A DNA stretch of 64,000 nt from Octopus sinensis (Eukaryota). Positions within the stretch are counted from its first letter, which is position 1. The number at the start of each line of letters is the position of its first letter. The stretch spans positions 17,670,001 through 17,734,000 of the forward strand of contig NC_043017.1 in the NCBI RefSeq assembly GCF_006345805.1, read 5' to 3'. Below the pieces are notes generated by a model. That model saw only the letters and a list, made by a program, of their open reading frames with translations. It was not told the DNA's origin and did no database searches. Of this stretch, positions 37,680 to 50,690 are shown piece by piece. The position numbers and the translations under genes were made by a program.

Positions 37680-37960
37680 GCAACCCCTTCCCATGGCATC
37701 AGAACAATATGCTCATGTTTACTTAAGATCAGGCAAAGACGGCTGTAACTATTTGGTCACTGCATGTGCCACCATGAATTGGAAGCACAAATTAGTCCTG
37801 TAGAATCCACTTCATGGCAATGTAAGAAGAGGGAAACATCACACTTACATTGACAACTTTATTGCAGACACTGGCCTGGAATGTGTCCAGGACATCAAGG
37901 CAGTGATAATGGACTGAGAAGTGTGAGGAAGTGGGTATACTTTGTTGCTGCAACCTGGGT
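37680..37960 (+). mobile_element. RTE-type ORF2 3' fragment (second, older family)
   Basis: RL*LFGHCM...NPLHGNVRRGKHHTYIDNFIADTGLECVQDIKAVIMD. Confidence 0.65.
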
Positions 37961-38124
37961 TGGAGCCTGGCCATAATAAAAAAAAAATACATGCGAACAC
38001 CAAACTGGACACACCCACATACTTATGTGCTAATGACACACATACATGCATACATAACACCGTCATGACACCCATCATAAAAAATATCTTAACACACACA
38101 ACGAACTAGATAGTACTATACACA

Positions 38125-38510
38125 CATCATCATCATCATCATCATCATCGTTTAACGTCCGCTTTCCATGCTAGCATGGGTTGGACGGTTCAACTGGGGT
38201 CTGGGAAGCCCGAAGGCTGCACCAGGCCAGTCAGATCTGGCAGTGTTTCTACAGCTGGATGCCCTTCCTAACGCCAACCACTCCGAGAGTGTAGTGGGTG
38301 ATTTTATGTGCCACCGACACAGGTGCCAGACGAGGCTGGCGAGCGGCCACACTCGGATGGTGTTTTTAATGTGCCACCGACACAGGTGCCAGACGAGGCT
38401 GGCAAACGGCCACGCTCGGATGGTGTTTTTTATGTGCCACTGACACAGGTGCCAGACGAGGCTGGCAAACAGCCACGCTCGGATGGTGTTTTTTATGTGC
38501 CACCGACACA
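38125..38510 (-). mobile_element. RTE 3' tail containing a 63 bp tandem repeat x3.2
   Basis: Units start at 38308, 38371, 38434 and 38497. Confidence 0.9.
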
Positions 38511-38924
38511 CACCCATATAAACGAACTCAACTCCACTAATACAGGCATGCTAAATGCCATCACATACACAAACCAAAAGCAGATATATACACACAAATA
38601 TGTACACTTACATATTTACGCTACACACACATGTGAAATTACATTCATCCATATTAGGCTCACACTGTGTTGACTAACAGTTGAAGAACAACACGCACTT
38701 GCTCACAGTTACATCACTAAGTGCTCTCATTTGTATGAAACTTCTCTTCCTTCTCACTCTTGATCATTCTAACTTCTAACCTTTTCTAATATAACCTGTC
38801 ACAGTTTAAAACATTTCTCCAATACTCCTGTTTTCTTCTTTTTCGATATATTGCCTTGTTTTTGACTTTCTAATGAAAAGTTTAAGCCCAAAACTTAAAA
38901 AATCTGTTATGTTTTAATACAGAA

Positions 38925-39492
38925 TTTGGTGTGTTTATGTCCCCGTTACTTAGCGGTTCGGCAACAGAGACCGATAGAATAAGTACTGGGCTTAGAAAAG
39001 AATAAGTCCCAGGGTCGAGTTGCTCGATTAAAGGTGGTGCTCCAGCATGGCCACAGTCAAATGACTGAAACAAGTAAAAAGAGTAAAAAAAAAAAAAGGC
39101 GCAGGAGTGGCTGTGTGGTAAGTAGCTTGCTAACCAACCACATGGTTCTGGGTTCAGTCCCACTGCGTGGCAACTTGGGCAAGTGTCTTCTGCTATAGCC
39201 CCGGGCCGACCAATGCCTTGTGAGTGGATTTGGTAGACGGAAACTGAAAGAAGCCTGTCGTATATATGTATATATATATGTGTGTGTATGTGTTTGCCCC
39301 CCTAGCATTGCTTGACAACCGATGCTGGTGTGTTTACGTCCCCGTCACTTAGCGGTTCGGCAAAAGAGACCAATAGAATAAGTACTGGGCTTACAAAGAA
39401 TAAGTCCCGGGGTCGATTTGCTCGACTAAAGGTGGTGCTCCAGCATGGCCGCAGTCAAATGACTGAAACAAGTAAAAGAGAAAAGAGTAAAG
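38925..39492 (+). mobile_element. Head-to-tail SINE A pair (3' fragment followed by a full copy)
   Basis: First tail ends ~39095; full copy starts GGCGCAGGAG at 39097. Confidence 0.88.
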
Positions 39493-39667
39493 AGAGAGAG
39501 TATTACATGAATGCCACTTAAATAATGGAGTGAATATGTGAGCAATATATACTCAAAAATACTCGGTGATAAAAGCAGGACTTAAAAATCCATGTGCACA
39601 AAGTATCACGGTACTTACAAAACAAACCAATATGCAAATTAGAAGGCAGTCCAAACGTTCACTTTAA

Positions 39668-39890
39668 CCCTTTTGTTACCAACCAGGCTGAAACTGGCTC
39701 TGGCTCTGGCTCTTTAGTATAAATGTCTTGTTTTCATAAGTTTTGAATTCAAATCTTCCACTAAACCTTAGTCACAATTTAGGTTCCTAACACTAGCTCA
39801 ATGATAACTAAGTTATTTTACTAAATTCTTTGTTATATTTAAATTGGAAGAAACACAGAGCATCTCAAAATAAATACAGTAACGAAAGGG
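39668..39890. mobile_element. piggyBac-like MITE
   Basis: TTAA|CCCTTTTGTTAC ... GTAACGAAAGGG|TTAA. Confidence 0.88.
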
Positions 39891-40039
39891 TTAAAAGGAC
39901 ACGAGGTGAACGCATGACATAAAGCAGAGTCACTAAACTTGGTTTGATACTTAGTCAGAACATAGAATTAAATTAGAGCAATATAACAAAATCCTTCTTC
40001 CTTTTTTTCTCATCAGGTATTTAAACTAATAAGTGTATA

Positions 40040-40272
40040 CCTATTTCTTTACTACCCACAAGGGGCTAAACACAAAGAGGACAAACAAGGACAGACAAAC
40101 GGATTAAGTCGATTATATCGACCCCAGTCCGTAACTGGTACTTAATTTATCAACCCCGAAAGGATGAAAGGCAAAGTCGACCTCGGCGGAATTTGAACTC
40201 AGAACGTAACGGCAGACGAAATACAGCTACGCATTTCGTCCGGCATGCTAACGTTTCTGCCAGCTTGCCGCC
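40040..40272 (-). mobile_element. SINE family B
   Basis: Full head and tail. Confidence 0.9.
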
Positions 40273-40373
40273 ATAAATAAGTGTATACCTATACGCATCT
40301 ATATGTGTGTATATATGTATGTACATGTATATATGTGTGTGAGTGGAAATACAATTAAATGATTGCTCAAATG

Positions 40374-40377
<4 letters not shown>

Positions 40378-40404
<27 letters not shown>

Positions 40405-41320
40405 TGTGTACAGTGCTCAGGTGCACTACAACTCATCTAAAGTGTATATATAATCAGGTGTAGTTTCGGCGGATTTCGGAAAGCATGAGGGCCTTAAAGG
40501 ATGCAGTGTCATGGCAGTCAACAACTGACGCAGGCAGTTTATTCCATGCTTCAGCAACTCTGAGCGTGAAAAAATGTTTCCGAAAGTCATGGGAGCTGTG
40601 TTGTTTTCTGACTTTGTAGGCATGTCCACGTGTGTTAGACACATGGAGATCAAAAAGGTGTTCAGTGTTGTTGTTGGTGAGGTGGTTGATAACCTTGTGG
40701 GTGTTTACCAAGTCCGTCGCCAGACGCCGGAGCTTCAGTGAATCCATGCCCAGGGAAACAAGGCGCTCAGAATATGGTAGGTGTCTGATGAAGGGTATGC
40801 GTTTGGTTGCACGTCTCTGGACAGATTCCAGGAGGTCAATGTTCTGAGCAAGATAGGGATTCCAAACACAATTTGTACCCTGCTTGCAGTTTATGATGGT
40901 GTGTAGAGGATGGCAGGTTGTCCTGGCTTAGTTTCCCTGAGTTGCTGTAGTCTTTTTAGTTATTGTGGGTAGAGAGCACTCAGACCAGCTGGTATCTCTC
41001 TTCCACGTTTCATCAGTCTTGACAAATCTCCAGATTTGTCCATCTTCCCAAAGACTGAAGCTTTCCTGTAGAGCTGAGTTCTTATTCAGGGAAGCCGCTA
41101 CACGTAGCTTCGGACGTACATCGGACGGTAAGCCTGGGCGTGTTCGGAAGGTGGTCCGATTTTCACGCCCAGCTTTAACTGAGGCTAGATGGTAAGAGGT
41201 TGCCTCAGTGTGGTCCGAAAAAGACAGCTTGATGAGCCTAGGTTTTGGGCCAGGTCGTCCAAGGCGGATAGCACCCGTTGGGGGAACGCAGCCTAGGTCT
41301 TTGGCTGATGTAGTAAGAGT
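40378..41320 (-). mobile_element. CR1 LINE with a large internal deletion (ORF1 C-terminus joined to ORF2 C-terminus)
   Basis: ORF1-like AIRLGRPGPKPRLIKLSF...QGN*; then VWNPYLAQNIDLLESVQRRATKR...RGHAYKV...FFTLRVAEAWNKLP; (TTA)n tail. Confidence 0.88.
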
Positions 41321-41793
41321 TCATTCATGATTCACTATGTCACTGCTAGTGGTTTCTGATTATATGTGATCTTTTGATGAATGAAAAGGATTGACTGAGG
41401 TCACAGAAACACCAAGCATGATATTCACCAATTAAATCATTTTTCAAAGGTCAGCTTTGGTTTGGTGGCAAGAGACCTAATCTGGCTGAGATATTGTTAG
41501 TTCAAGGTGGGAGCTGTAACAATAGCCACAATATATGTTTTTGGTCTAAAGCAGCTATCTGACCCTTTTTTTTATTTTTAGTGTCATTCTTTTTTAAAGA
41601 TGCAATAAAATGTAATCTGAGAGAGATTTGGCTGCTATATCTATGCAGGCTGAGCCTTGTTGAGAGCTGGTATATTCCTTTTTGAAGACAAACTATGTGT
41701 AAGGTTTAGCCACAGACCTCAATCATTCAATAAAGATTTCTTGTTTGCTCTTCTCATGTGAAATGACACATTTTGCCAACATGCACAAAATAA

Positions 41794-42024
41794 GGTGGCG
41801 AGCTGGCAGAAACGTTAGCACGCTGCGCGAACTGCTTTGTGGTATTTCGTCCGCCACTGCGTTCTGAGTTCAAATTCCGCCGAGGTCGACTTTGCCTTTC
41901 ATCCTTTCGGGGTCGATAAATAAAGAACCAGTTATGCACTGGAGTCGATATAATCGACTTGATCCGTTTGTCTGTCCTTGTTTGTCCTCTCTGTGTTCAG
42001 CCCCTTGTGGGTAGTAAAGAAATA
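41794..42024 (+). mobile_element. SINE family B flanked by a 122 bp direct duplication
   Basis: 41669-41790 repeated at 42025-42146. Confidence 0.9.
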
Positions 42025-42284
42025 GGTATATTCCTTTTTGAAGACAAACTATGTGTAAGGTTTAGCCACAGACCTCAAATATTCAATAAAGATTTCTTGT
42101 TTGCTCTTCTCATGTGAAATGACACATTTTGCCAACATGCACAAAAGAAATTCTATGTTCACATGAAAAATATCTATGCATCCAAAAGGTAATTGCTAAT
42201 AATAATGTAGTTATTAATAGTCCTTTCTACTAAAGGCACAAGTCCTGGATTTTGGTGGGAGGGGACTAGTCGATTACATCTATT

Positions 42285-42515
42285 TCTTTATTACCCACAA
42301 GGGGCTAAACATAGAGGGGACAGACAAGGACAGACATAGGTATTAAGTCGATTACATCGACCCCAGTGCGTAGCTGGTACTCAATTTATCGACCACAAAA
42401 GGATGAAAGGCAAAGTCGACCTCGGCGGAATTTGAACTCACAACGTAACGGCAGACGAAATACCACTAAGCATTTCGCCCGGCGCGTTAACGTTTCTGCC
42501 AGCTCACCACCTTAG
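42285..42515 (-). mobile_element. SINE family B
   Basis: Full head and tail, inverted relative to 41794. Confidence 0.9.
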
Positions 42516-42559
42516 CTCACTGCTTTAATGTAGTTATTAATAATAATTGTTTATTATAC

Positions 42560-42945
42560 CGCAGGAGTGGCTGTGTGGTAAGTAGCCTGCTTACCAACCG
42601 CACGGTTCCGGGTTCAGTCCCACTGCATGGCACCTTGAGCAAGTGTCTTCTACTATAGCCTTGGGCCGACCAAAGCCTTGTGAGTGGATTTGCTAGACGG
42701 AAACTGAAAGAAGCCTGTCGTATATATATATATATATGTATATATATGTGTGTGTGTGTGTTTGTCCCCCCAGTATCGCTTGACAACCGATGCTGGTATG
42801 TTTATGTCCCCGTTACTTAGCGGTTCGGCAAAAGAGACCGATAGAATAAGTACTAGGCTTACAAAGAATAAGACCTGGGGTCAATTTGCTCGACTAAAAG
42901 GCGGTGTTCCAGCATGGCCGCAGTCAAATGACTGAAACAAAAAAA
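42560..42945 (+). mobile_element. SINE family A
   Basis: Head and tail motifs. Confidence 0.88.
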
Positions 42946-43067
42946 AAATACCCTCAGGTCACATGTACTTTTGTCACTGGTGAAAAAAAAATTTATATAA
43001 AATATCGTTTTTGCCGCCACTGAGTATAACATGTTTTGAATTAACTGAGTGGTGTTGCCTAGGTAGT

Positions 43068-43550
43068 AGTAAGTAGTCAGTGGTGTTGCATAGGTAGTAG
43101 CAAGTAGCCAGTGGTGCTGCATATGTAGTAGTAGTAAGTAGTCAGTAGTTTTGCATAGGTAGTAGCAAATAGCCAGTGGTGTTGCACAGGCAGTAGCAAG
43201 TAGCCAGTGGTGCTGCATATGTAGTAGTAGTAAGTAGTCAGTAGTTTTGCATAGGTAGTAGCAAGTAGCCAGTGGTGCTGCATATGTAGTAGTAAGTAGT
43301 CAGTGGTGTTGCATAGGTAGTAGTAGTAAGTAGTCAGTAGTTTTGCATAGGTAGTAGCAAGTAGCCAGTGGTGCTACATATGTAGTAGTAGTAAGTAGTC
43401 AGTAGTTTTGCATAGGTAGTACCAAGTAGCCAGTGGTGTTGCATAGGTAGTAACGAGTAACCTGTGGTGTTGCATAGGTAGTAGCAAGTAGGCAGTGATG
43501 TCGTACAGGTAGTATAGTATAACCAGTTGCATTGTAGGTGGTAGAGTGGA
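43068..43550. repeat. ~30-33 bp minisatellite (GTGGTGTTGCATAGGTAGTAGCAAGTAGCCA variants)
   Basis: About 15 alternating variant units. Confidence 0.92.
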
Positions 43551-44141
43551 ATTAGTTGCATTGCATAGATGTAACTCTATAACCAGTTCCAGGCACCAGC
43601 AGGCATACACGTGACACATTACACAAAGGGAATCGGCAATGAATACACAAACAACACACAAAACACACACCACCACCACCAACAACAACAACAACAACAA
43701 CAAACATGACCTTTATTTGTATTATTACTACTGTAACAGTACACCACCACCACAACAATATGACATGATGCGATGCGATGCGATATCTGCCACCACGCAA
43801 AGGATATATTGAATTAAGAATTCTGTTGGAAATCCTTCCTCGCTTCCTGCTCTCATTCATTCATTCATTCCTTCCTTCCTTCCTTTTTTGATTTTTTTTT
43901 TCCTTTCATTATTTCCTTCTTTTTGCCTTTCTATCTTTTTGTACTTTTTGCTTTCACTGCTTTTAATTACTTTTATCCTGCTTTCTTATCTTTTTCTACG
44001 ACAATCATCATCATCATCACCACTGTCACCATCATCCTCATCATCTGCTTCTGTTACCATCAATTTCTAATATTCCACTTAATTTTATGCTTCACTTTTC
44101 TCTTTTCCTTTCCATCTCTCAAACACTCTTTCTCTCTCTCA

Positions 44142-44204
<63 letters not shown>

Positions 44205-44520
44205 CTCTCTCTCTCTCCCTGCCTCTTTGTTTATTTTATATTTAGCAGAATTTCACTGGAAATAAAAAACATTTCTGATGAGCTGAAGTCATGTCAGGCT
44301 AATGCACACACACACATATGTACAATCATACTTCAATACATGTGTGTGTGTGTGTGTGTGCATGTGTATGTATATGCATATATGTGTGTATGTGGGTATG
44401 TTCTTGAGTCATTTTGTAACTTCTGTGACACGCAAAATAAAAAATAGAATATATACATTCAAGTATTAGATATATATTACATGTGTGCATGTGCCTCTAC
44501 ACAAACACACAAATATATTT

Positions 44521-44563
<43 letters not shown>

Positions 44564-44679
44564 TGAGATAGGGGTTGTGAGTGCAACCCACCATGGGATA
44601 ACATATATCCAATATACTGCCAACACATATATATATATATATATATATACATATATACATACATACATATATATATATG

Positions 44680-44860
44680 TGACCGCGTGTGTACTGTTGG
44701 CGATTTTTTTTTCCTCTGTCTTCCCTTCTCCTATGTTTCCGACAAAGAGCTCCGCTCGAAATGTTAAATTCTCCTTCTTTCCTGAGCATCCAATAATACT
44801 ATATTTGTTCCACGTCCTCGCGTTGTTGTGTTTTTTTGTGCTTTCATGTTTGGATTAACT
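44680..44860 (+). mobile_element. (TA)n-flanked PLE-type terminal repeat with a decayed minimal hammerhead (44736-44770)
   Basis: TTT-CCGACAA-A-GAGC[TCC]GCTC-GAAA-TGTT|AAA; perfect stem II, mutated core. Confidence 0.55.
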
Positions 44861-45324
44861 ATGTATATATATATATATATTATGTGTGTGTGTGTGTTGG
44901 TGTGTTTAGCAGTTCAGCAAAAGAGACTGATAGAATAAGTACTTGGCTTACAAAGAATAAGTCCTCGGGTCGGGCTTCAGCATGGCCACAGTCAAATGAC
45001 TGAAACAAATAAAAGAATGTGTGTGTGTGTGTGTGTGCGTGTGCGTGTGCGTGTGTGTGTGTGTGTGTCTGTGTGTGTGTGTGTGTCTATAACCACAGGC
45101 ATGGTTGTGTGTTAAGTAGTTTACTTCCTAACTACATGGTCCTAAGTTCAGTCCCGCTGCATGGCACACTGTGCAAATGTTTTCTATTATACATCCAGGC
45201 TGTTCAATTGAATAGAAAGGCTTATAGTGAAAAATTTTTTTAAATTCTATTTTAATCAAGAAGTAAGTTTTGAGAACCAATGAGTGATATAGCAAAGGGT
45301 GAGACCCAAAATAAGCAAGAGTAG

Positions 45325-45660
45325 TTGTGGTTTAGAGTTGAGGAGTGGGAAGAAACTCTTTCTCCTTTTCTGAACCTGTTGCTCAAGGATACCCCATTAA
45401 CAAATAAAACTGAATATATGAGTTTTATAGTTCACAGTATCAATGAACTGATTTGTTGGATGATGTGGAAGGCCTTCTTTTTTTTATTTTTTGTTAGCAA
45501 CTCTCTTACTAATCCTAAAAACCGGAATTATCAAGCCTTCTTCAATGAATTTAGATCTCACAAAAACCCTCCCCTTAACAGTAATCTGGATAGCTTCCAA
45601 AAAGATTTCATTAGTTTGAAAAAATATAGGGTCTACACCCAGGAACAGTACACTCAACCC
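45325..45660 (+). mobile_element. Possible L1/Tx1-like ORF2 C-terminal remnant
   Basis: WFRVEEW...ELICWMMWKA...FFNEFRSH loosely resembles L1/Tx1 ends; weak. Confidence 0.35.
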
Positions 45661-45679
45661 TCACTCTTTTTTTCTCTCT

Positions 45680-46087
45680 CTCTTTTATTCTTTTACTTGT
45701 TTCAGTCATTTGACTGCGGCCATGCTGGAGCACCGCCTTTAGTCGAGCAAATCGACCCCGGGACTTATTCTTTGTAAGCCCAGTACTTATTCTATCGGTC
45801 TCTTTTGCCGAACTGCTAAGTGACGGAGACGTAACACACCAGCATCAGTTATCAAGCTATGCTAGAGGGACAAACACAGACACACAAACATATACACAAT
45901 ACAAATATATATAAATATACATATATACGACAGGCTTCTTTCAGTTTCCGTCTACCAAATCCACACACACAAGCTTTGGTCGGCCTGGGGCTATAGCAAA
46001 AGACACTTGCCCAAGGTGCCACGCAGTGGGATTGAACCCAGAACCATGTGGTTGGTTAGCAAGCTACTTACCACACAGCCACTCCTG
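45680..46087 (-). mobile_element. SINE family A
   Basis: Head and tail motifs. Confidence 0.88.
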
Positions 46088-46399
46088 ATGAAAATTAATG
46101 ACTTTTAACTTCAGTCTGGAAGACAGGACTGAACATTTCAAGCTCAAACCACCTCAAATAAATTTGAAAGACCACAGTGAAAATTTTGTTGCAAACCTTC
46201 TGTTTACCTCATTTGCCCCTCTGATATAGGTCTCGGCCCAAGTCACTGATCTCCACTGTTTTCAGGATCACTTTCCCAATATTTCTAGTGGTCAATATAG
46301 GGATGACACTCTTTTTGCAGTCCAAAGGTATAGTAACTGTGAGTCGAACAATATTGAAAAAGAATCATTTTCTTCTTTAAGAACATGGGCCTTAGCTCC

Positions 46400-46640
46400 A
46401 ATCTTAAAACTGCCAACGTCTTCACTGTTGCCTTAGATCTATAAAATGACTACTTCCATCCTTACCACAAACTAGGTGAGAACCTAAATTACATAAGCCT
46501 TTTAACTAATCACCCCACCTCTGTCCTTAAATCAATTGTTGACAGCATATCCTATAGTTCATCTCTATCTGCCAATAAATAAACACTCAATACTATATGC
46601 CGAATATTATAATAGTGCCCTACATCAAGCTGGTTATAAG
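46400..46640 (+). mobile_element. Penelope-like RT fragment (old)
   Basis: FHPYHKLGENLNYIS..TNHPTSVLKSIVDSIS...YYNSALHQAGYK. Confidence 0.7.
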
Positions 46641-47434
46641 AACTCGATTAGGTATATCTTTATGTGTAGTGACCTGGCACTGTGGATATGTTAATCCGTA
46701 TAGATAAAATTGAAGGTTTTTTTCTCTAGGTAAACTCTTCCTTTATTTCCCTAAACTCTACTACCATGACAAGCCTGCTCAGCACTCCTCCAACTATGGC
46801 CACCAATTTAACCATATAAATTTGGATGACAGCATTCTAGCAGCCAGCAAAATCTACTGTTACCTCTCTTGAATAGATGCTTATGACCACAATACTTTGC
46901 CCATAACAATATCAATTCTTTATTTTTTTCTTCTTTCTTTCCAACTCCTCAACTCTAAACCACACCCACTCTTTGCTTATTTTGGGTCTCACCCTTTGCT
47001 GTATCACTCATTGGTTCTTGATTTTTTTTTGTATTTTGGGTTTTTTAAATTTTTTTTATTTTTTGCAACCAGTTTTTTTCTATTCAGTCGAGCTCACCAT
47101 TGTGTTTTGGCTGACTTAGAAACTCCAGCCAACAACATAAAATTAATGCAATCTCAGCTTGATGATTAGCAACATTATGCATAACTCATTGCATAACAGT
47201 TAGCTAAGAAACATATGTAGTGATATTTTACCCATTCTACTCTCACAATTTGTATTTTTATTTGGATTTGTAGCAACTCTAGTTACTAACCATCAACTAT
47301 AAAGAATTTATCAGTGCTCAACTAGTACTTATTTTATTGACCCCAGAAAAAGATGGACAAAATACTGCTAAACATTTTGCCACTATGATAATGATTCTGC
47401 CAGCTTGCAGCCTTAATAACAACTGTAATAATAT

Positions 47435-47640
47435 ATTTCTTTACTACCCACAAGGGGATAAACATAGAGGGGACAAACAAGGACAGACAAAGGGATTACT
47501 GGTACTTAATTTATCGACCCTGAAAGGATGAAAGGCAAAGTCGACCTCGGCGAATTTGAACCCAGAACACTTAACGGCAGACGAAATACGGCTACGTATT
47601 TCGCCCGGCGTGCTAACGTTTCTGCCAGCTCGCTGCCCTA
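47435..47640 (-). mobile_element. SINE family B (internally deleted)
   Basis: Head and tail motifs. Confidence 0.85.
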
Positions 47641-47877
47641 ATGGTTTTAAATTTCAGTACAAGACTGGCAATTTTGAAAGGAGGGGTTAAGTTGATTACA
47701 TCAACTTATTGACCATGGAAGGATGGAAGGCAAAATTGACCTTGGCAGAATTTAAACTCTGAACATAAAACCAGAAGAAATATCACAAAGAGTTTTGTCT
47801 GACACACGAAGGATTTTGTCAGTTTGCTGCTTTACAACAACAATAATAAAAGCCAACATGATGATGATGAAGAGCGT

Positions 47878-48265
47878 TTGTTTGTTTGTTTGTTTGTTTG
47901 TTTGTTGAGCAAAGCGGTCTTCGTCCGTAGTGGGAGAAGTCCGATATGTGGTCCTTTGCTATTCGTAAGACCTGCAGAAGAGAAAGCAGGTCAACCCCCG
48001 ATACCGAGAGCATCGAGGGATGGATGAATGCGCATCCAGGCTCAGCGGTTGCATAGGAAGTCGGGGACAAGAAACAAGAAGAAAGAGTGAGAGAAAGTTG
48101 GAGCGAAAGAGTACAACAGGGGTCACTACCACCCCCTGCCGGAGCCTAGTGGAGCTTTAGGTGTTTTCGCTCAATAAACATACACAACACCTGGTCTGAG
48201 AATCGAAACCGCGATCCTCCAACTGCAAGTCCGCTGCCCTAACCACTGGGTCATTGCGTCTCCAC
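47878..48265 (-). mobile_element. SINE family D, tail type 3 ending in (AAAC)n
   Basis: Shared D head; unique 3' half. Confidence 0.85.
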
Positions 48266-48939
48266 TATGATGAAGAGAAAAGCTATGGGAATTGAGAGAA
48301 ATGAAGCTGCTGATTTTGAAACTGAATATGTTAATTGTGATGATGATGATGGTGATAGCTAGGAGTACAATTATGATGATGATTATTATTATGACGATGA
48401 TAATGTTCACAATTATTTGAGAAATCCAAGCTTTCCGTATTCACACACAAATATTCTCAATCAATCCACAAGTAATTCATATATTTAGGCAACCATTTTG
48501 TTTTGATTAAAATAAATAACAATAAATAAATAAAATAAATAAATAAAATAAAAATGAACTACTAAATCAGGATTTGGAATTAGGTTTATCATAAATCATT
48601 ACTGGAGTATTTTAATTGAGGGAAGGGGCTTGACAGAACTGGTAGAGAATCAGACAAAATGTCTAGTAGAATTTGTTCCAGATCTTTGCATTCTGAGTTC
48701 AAATCTTGCCAAGGTCAACTTTACCTTTCACCCTTTCAGGGGTGGCAAAAATAAAATATTTGGAATCAATTTAATTGAATGCCAATTTGTGCCAACATGC
48801 AATGACAGATTAGCAATGGTATAACTGCCTGAAGATGGCGCTTCATCAACAGGTGGAAGGTGAAGAAAGACATTAGTGAGAGTGGACTGCCATTGTCATG
48901 TCAATATTATATCTGTATAAACAGATGTAACTGCAAATA

Positions 48940-49335
48940 TGAGTGGCTGTGTGGTAAGTAGCTTGCTTACAAACCACATGGTTCCGGGTTCAGTCCCACT
49001 GCGTGGCACCTTGGGCAAGTGTCTTCTACTATAGCCTTGGGCCGACCAAAGCCTTGTGAGTGGATTTGCTAGACGGAAACTGAAAGAAGCCTGTTGTATA
49101 TATGTATATATATATATATATATATATGTTTGTATGTCTGTGTTTGTCCCTCCAACATCGCTTCCCAACCAATGCTGGTGTGTTTACATCCCCGTAACTT
49201 AGCGGTTCGGCAAAAGAGACTGATAGAATAAGTACTGGGCTTACAAGAATAAGTCTTGGGGTCGATTTGCTTGACTAAAGGTGGTGCTCCAGCATGGCTG
49301 CAGTCAAATGACTTAAATAAGTAAAAATGTAAAAA
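48940..49335 (+). mobile_element. SINE family A
   Basis: Head and tail motifs. Confidence 0.88.
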
Positions 49336-49432
49336 GAGAGTACACACACACACACACAACATATGCACATACATGTAACACATATACTCTCTCTCTTTCT
49401 CTCTCTCTCTCTCTTTCTCTCTGTCTCTCTCT

Positions 49433-49468
<36 letters not shown>

Positions 49469-49905
49469 ATAGCAGACTCCATTAAAATGGACAACACACA
49501 AAAAAGACACAAAACAAACAAACTAAAAACAAACAAAAACCTTCCCCCACCAGAAAAAGTACTTTAGTTACAAAGTGAAGCAATAAAACTAATCAATACT
49601 TATCAGAGCAAAGAAATCAATAAAGTTTATTGACTGAACATTGCCAAAGATATTGTAATCTCACAAAGAAAATAAGAAATAAATAAAACAAAAATCAGAA
49701 ACAAAATATGAGGCGATGCAAACCAATATGTATCAATGGTACTCATGTTATTGATGGTATTGATAGGAAATATTTATTCAATTATCTCTCTTTATTTCTT
49801 CAGACAAAAATACTGACACATGCAGCAGCATCTCCCCCACCTCTTACCCGATTTGTTCATGTGTGAGTTTGTCTATGTATGCATGTGCATATATATATAT
49901 ATATG

Positions 49906-49949
<44 letters not shown>

Positions 49950-49996
49950 ATCTGCTGTCTTTTTGTCACACTTCTCTTTCTATTTCTCACTCTCTC

Positions 49997-50645
49997 TATC
50001 ATCATCATTGTTTAGTGTCCGCTTTCCATGCTAGCATGGGTTGGACGGTTCAACTGGGGTCTGGGAAGCCAGAAGGCTGCACCAGGCCCAGTCTGATCTG
50101 GCAATGTTTCTACGGCTGGATGCCCTTCCTAACACCAACCACTCCGTGAGTGTAGTGGGTGCTTTTTCCGTGCCACCAGCACAGGTGCCATACAGGGCTG
50201 GCAAACGGCCACGATCGGATGGTGCTTTTTATGTGCCACCGGCATGAGGCCAGTCGAGGTGGCGCTGGCAACGGCCACGTTCGGATGGTTCTCTTACGTG
50301 CCATCGGCACTGGTATCACAGCTGCAATTTCCATTGAAGTTGATCAATTTCGATTCTGATTCTCACTTGCCTCATCAGGTCTTCACAAGTAGAGTTTTGT
50401 GTCCCAAGAAGGAAAGGTATGCATAAGTGGACTGGCTACATCCCATGTAGAGTCCACGGGTTATGGTCTCACTTGTCCTGCCGGGTCTTCTCACGCACAG
50501 CATACTTCCAAAGGTCTCAGTCTCTAGTCATTTCCTCAGTGAGACCTAAAATTCTAAGGTTGTGCTTCACCACCTCGTCCCAGGTTTTCCTGGGTCTGCC
50601 TCTTCCACAGGTTCCCTCAACCGCTAGGGTCTGGCACTTTTTCAC

Positions 50646-50648
<3 letters not shown>
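49997..50648 (-). mobile_element. 5'-truncated RTE LINE (ORF2 end and complete 3' UTR)
   Basis: CVKKCQTLAVEGTCGRGRPRKTWDEVVKHNLRILGL...DLWKYAVREKTRQDK*. Confidence 0.92.

Positions 50649-50690
<42 letters not shown>

Noticed and set aside
43068-43550. Repeat array as a possible CRISPR
   Set aside because: Contiguous variant units with no unique spacers, no cas genes, eukaryotic context; same for the 63 bp and 22 bp arrays
47105-47135. CTGA...GAAACTCC near the old PLE fragment
   Set aside because: Stem II and the core G/A are missing; too degenerate to call
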